From assembly GCA_024408435.1 (NCBI GenBank), contig JAKSVA010000002.1:1-47889 (forward strand): a stretch of DNA of 47,889 bases, written 5' to 3'. Below are positions 45,994 through 47,889 of this stretch, one piece after another (within the stretch, counting starts at the first letter, position 1; the number at the start of each line of letters is the position of its first letter). Position numbers and translations under genes: made by a program. The notes under the pieces are model-generated. The model searched no databases. It was not told the origin of the DNA and was given only the letters and a program-made list of their open reading frames with translations. The DNA comes from Bacilli bacterium (lineage in GTDB: Bacteria > Bacillota_I > Bacilli_A > RFN20 > CAG-826).

Positions 45994-47889
45994 TTAGCGA
46001 TTTAGGATTCGTTTAAGGAATTGACCAGTATAAGATTTACTTACCGTCGCTACTTCTTCAGGAGTACCAGTGGCGATTACTTCGCCACCTTTATTACCAC
46101 CCTCTGGACCTAAATCAATAATGTAATCCGCAACTTTAATCATATCAAGGTTATGCTCAATCACCACGACTGTATCACCGTTAGCGACAATTCTTTGTAA
46201 AACATTAATTAAACGTTTAACATCATCAGTATGTAAACCAGTTGTTGGTTCATCAAGGATGAAAAGCGTTTTACCTGTCGCACGCTTTTGTAATTCATAA
46301 GCTAACTTAATTCGTTGGGCTTCGCCACCTGAAAGAGTCGTAGCGATTTGCCCAAGTTTAATATAAGAAAGCCCAACATCATAAAGCGTTTGAATTTTTT
46401 GTAAGATCTTTGGGCGATTCACAAAAAACGCTAGTGCTTCTTCAACAGTCATCTCTAAAACATCATAAATGTTTTTCCCTTTATAAGTTACGCTTAAGGT
46501 TTCTTCGTTATAGCGCTTGCCACCACACTCTTCGCATTTTACATAAACATCAGGTAAGAAATTCATTGGGATTCTTTTTACCCCATCACCCCAACAATTT
46601 TCGCAACGGCCACCAGGAATATTAAATGAGAAGCGACCTTTATCAAAGCCCTTGGCTTTTGCTTCAATTGTTTCTGCAAATAATTCACGAATATCATCAA
46701 ACACTTTAGTATAAGTCGCAGGGTTACTTCTTGGCGTACGACCAATTGGTTCTTGAGTAATTTGGATTAATTTATCAACATGGCCAAGGCCTTTAATTTC
46801 TTTATGCTCACCTGGGAAAGTATCTTCACCCGTTAAAGCTTTTTTTACCGCTTTCGCTAATGTCTCATTAATAAGAGTTGATTTGCCTGATCCCGAAACA
46901 CCAGTAATCGCCGTAAAGGTTCCTAAGGGAATTTTTACATCAATCCCCTTAAGATTATGGCACTTCGCTCCTTTAATCTCTAAATAGCGACCATTACCTT
47001 TCTTTCTTGTTTTTGGTGTATCAATTTTTAATTCTCGTGATAAATATTTTCCCGTTAAAGAGTTCTTACATTTTTTGATTCCATTCACATCACCAGCATA
47101 GACAACTTCACCACCATGCGCTCCAGCGCGAGGACCAATATCAACGATATAATCACTCGCTAGCATTGTTTCTTCATCGTGCTCAACCACGATAAGAGTG
47201 TTGCCTAAATCACGCATACTCTTAAGCGAGTTAATTAATTTTTGATTGTCGCGTTGATGTAAACCAATACTTGGTTCGTCAAGGACATAAATAACACCAG
47301 AAAGTTTACTACCAATTTGGGTGGCTAAACGAATTCGTTGGCTTTCGCCGCCACTTAAAGTCATCGCCATTCTTGATAAAGTTAAATAACTTAATCCGAC
47401 ATCAAGTAAGAAACTAACCCGGTTTTTAATTTCTTTAATAATTTGTTCGCCAATTTCTTTTTCGGTTTTAGTAAGAACATGATCAAGATTATCTAACCAT
47501 TTCTTTAAATCTTCAATTGATAAACACGTAACTTCGTAAATGTTTAAGTTGTTAATTTTAACCGCTAAGGCTTCTTTGTTTAAGCGCGCTCCACCGCAAG
47601 TCGTACAAACAGTATCACGCATATAGGTCATATAATAATCACTCATCCACTCACTACCAGTGTCGTTATAAAGGCGTTCAATTTTTCGTTTAATGCCTTC
47701 AATATATCCATTGTGATTAGTTTTATTACCACTACTAGAAGTAAGGGTATATTTAAATGGTTTGTCACTGCCATTTAATAAAATATCTTGTTGTCGTTTA
47801 GTTAAACTCTTCCACGGCTTTTTAATATCAACATGATATTGATCACATAAGAATTTAAATTCTTGCCACTCTAAGTTAGTAGTTCCAGC
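45994..47889 (-). CDS. uvrA: Excinuclease ABC subunit A, C-terminal about 630 aa (N-terminus beyond window end)
   Basis: Two ABC signatures/Walker B (LSGGESQRIRLA...YVLDEPS; LSGGEAQRIKLA...FILDEPT), P-loop GVSGSGKST, zinc module CENCWGDG...CEECGGKRY. The frame stays open upstream of the Met at 47646 through to position 47889. Confidence 0.95.
   Translation of the reverse strand, partial: AGTTNLEWQEFKFLCDQYHVDIKKPWKSLTKRQQDILLNGSDKPFKYTLTSSSGNKTNHNGYIEGIKRKIERLYNDTGSEWMSDYYMTYMRDTVCTTCGGARLNKEALAVKINNLNIYEVTCLSIEDLKKWLDNLDHVLTKTEKEIGEQIIKEIKNRVSFLLDVGLSYLTLSRMAMTLSGGESQRIRLATQIGSKLSGVIYVLDEPSIGLHQRDNQKLINSLKSMRDLGNTLIVVEHDEETMLASDYIVDIGPRAGAHGGEVVYAGDVNGIKKCKNSLTGKYLSRELKIDTPKTRKKGNGRYLEIKGAKCHNLKGIDVKIPLGTFTAITGVSGSGKSTLINETLAKAVKKALTGEDTFPGEHKEIKGLGHVDKLIQITQEPIGRTPRSNPATYTKVFDDIRELFAETIEAKAKGFDKGRFSFNIPGGRCENCWGDGVKRIPMNFLPDVYVKCEECGGKRYNEETLSVTYKGKNIYDVLEMTVEEALAFFVNRPKILQKIQTLYDVGLSYIKLGQIATTLSGGEAQRIKLAYELQKRATGKTLFILDEPTTGLHTDDVKRLINVLQRIVANGDTVVVIEHNLDMIKVADYIIDLGPEGGNKGGEVIATGTPEEVATVSKSYTGQFLKRILNR

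Noticed and set aside
47644-47646. Met at 47646 as the uvrA start (as in the ORF track)
   Set aside because: The frame remains open to the window end, and the upstream translation (...EGIKRKIERLYNDTGSEW) is typical UvrA sequence. The gene is truncated by the window, not started here.

Overview
This is an AT-rich, very gene-dense core-genome segment with about 43 CDS and 2 tRNAs; all but five CDS are on the minus strand. It comes from a low-GC Firmicute/Mollicute-type bacterium using the standard genetic code: TGA acts as a stop at 21567-21569, 24154-24156 and 30805-30807, and Trp is TGG. That excludes Mycoplasma/Spiroplasma-type decoding and fits an Acholeplasma-like or Erysipelotrichia-like lineage, but I cannot name the organism.

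Content by window coordinate:
- partial tRNA-Cys
- a 4-gene glycan-type cluster: Caps_synth transferase, ABC-2 permease and ATPase, membrane GT2 synthase
- potABCD
- MTA/SAH deaminase, an acyl-adenylate enzyme, a DUF1624 membrane acyltransferase and a 6-TM orphan
- a contracted gmk-priA-rlmN-stp-stk-rpe block
- divergent rqcH-like and choline-kinase-family genes
- ppa, an ATP-grasp orphan, the complete atpIBEFHAGDC operon and a PPi-type phosphofructokinase
- an ECF S-component and tRNA-Arg(UCU)
- uvrC, an AGPAT-zinc-ribbon acyltransferase and rnhC
- rluD-lspA-ileS-ftsZ-ftsA
- an XRE regulator, whiA, lgt and the C-terminal two-thirds of uvrA

Genes are joined by many 1-26-nt overlaps.

I saw no CRISPR array, transposase, integrase, phage gene, toxin-antitoxin pair or recognisable defence gene. 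I cannot point to a convincing self-contained novel system. The best follow-up items are:
- a Na+-type two-carboxylate signature in the F-ATPase c subunit
- a PPi-PFK ... atp ... ATP-grasp ... PPase super-operon
- the compact GT2/ABC-2/Caps_synth module
- an FtsA with no visible membrane-targeting helix
- several unusual transcript architectures: apparently leaderless divergent genes, a tRNA-mRNA co-transcript, and a GC-rich palindrome next to the whiA-XRE pair upstream of ftsAZ

All calls come from by-eye motif reading of the supplied ORF translations and the DNA. No database search was run.
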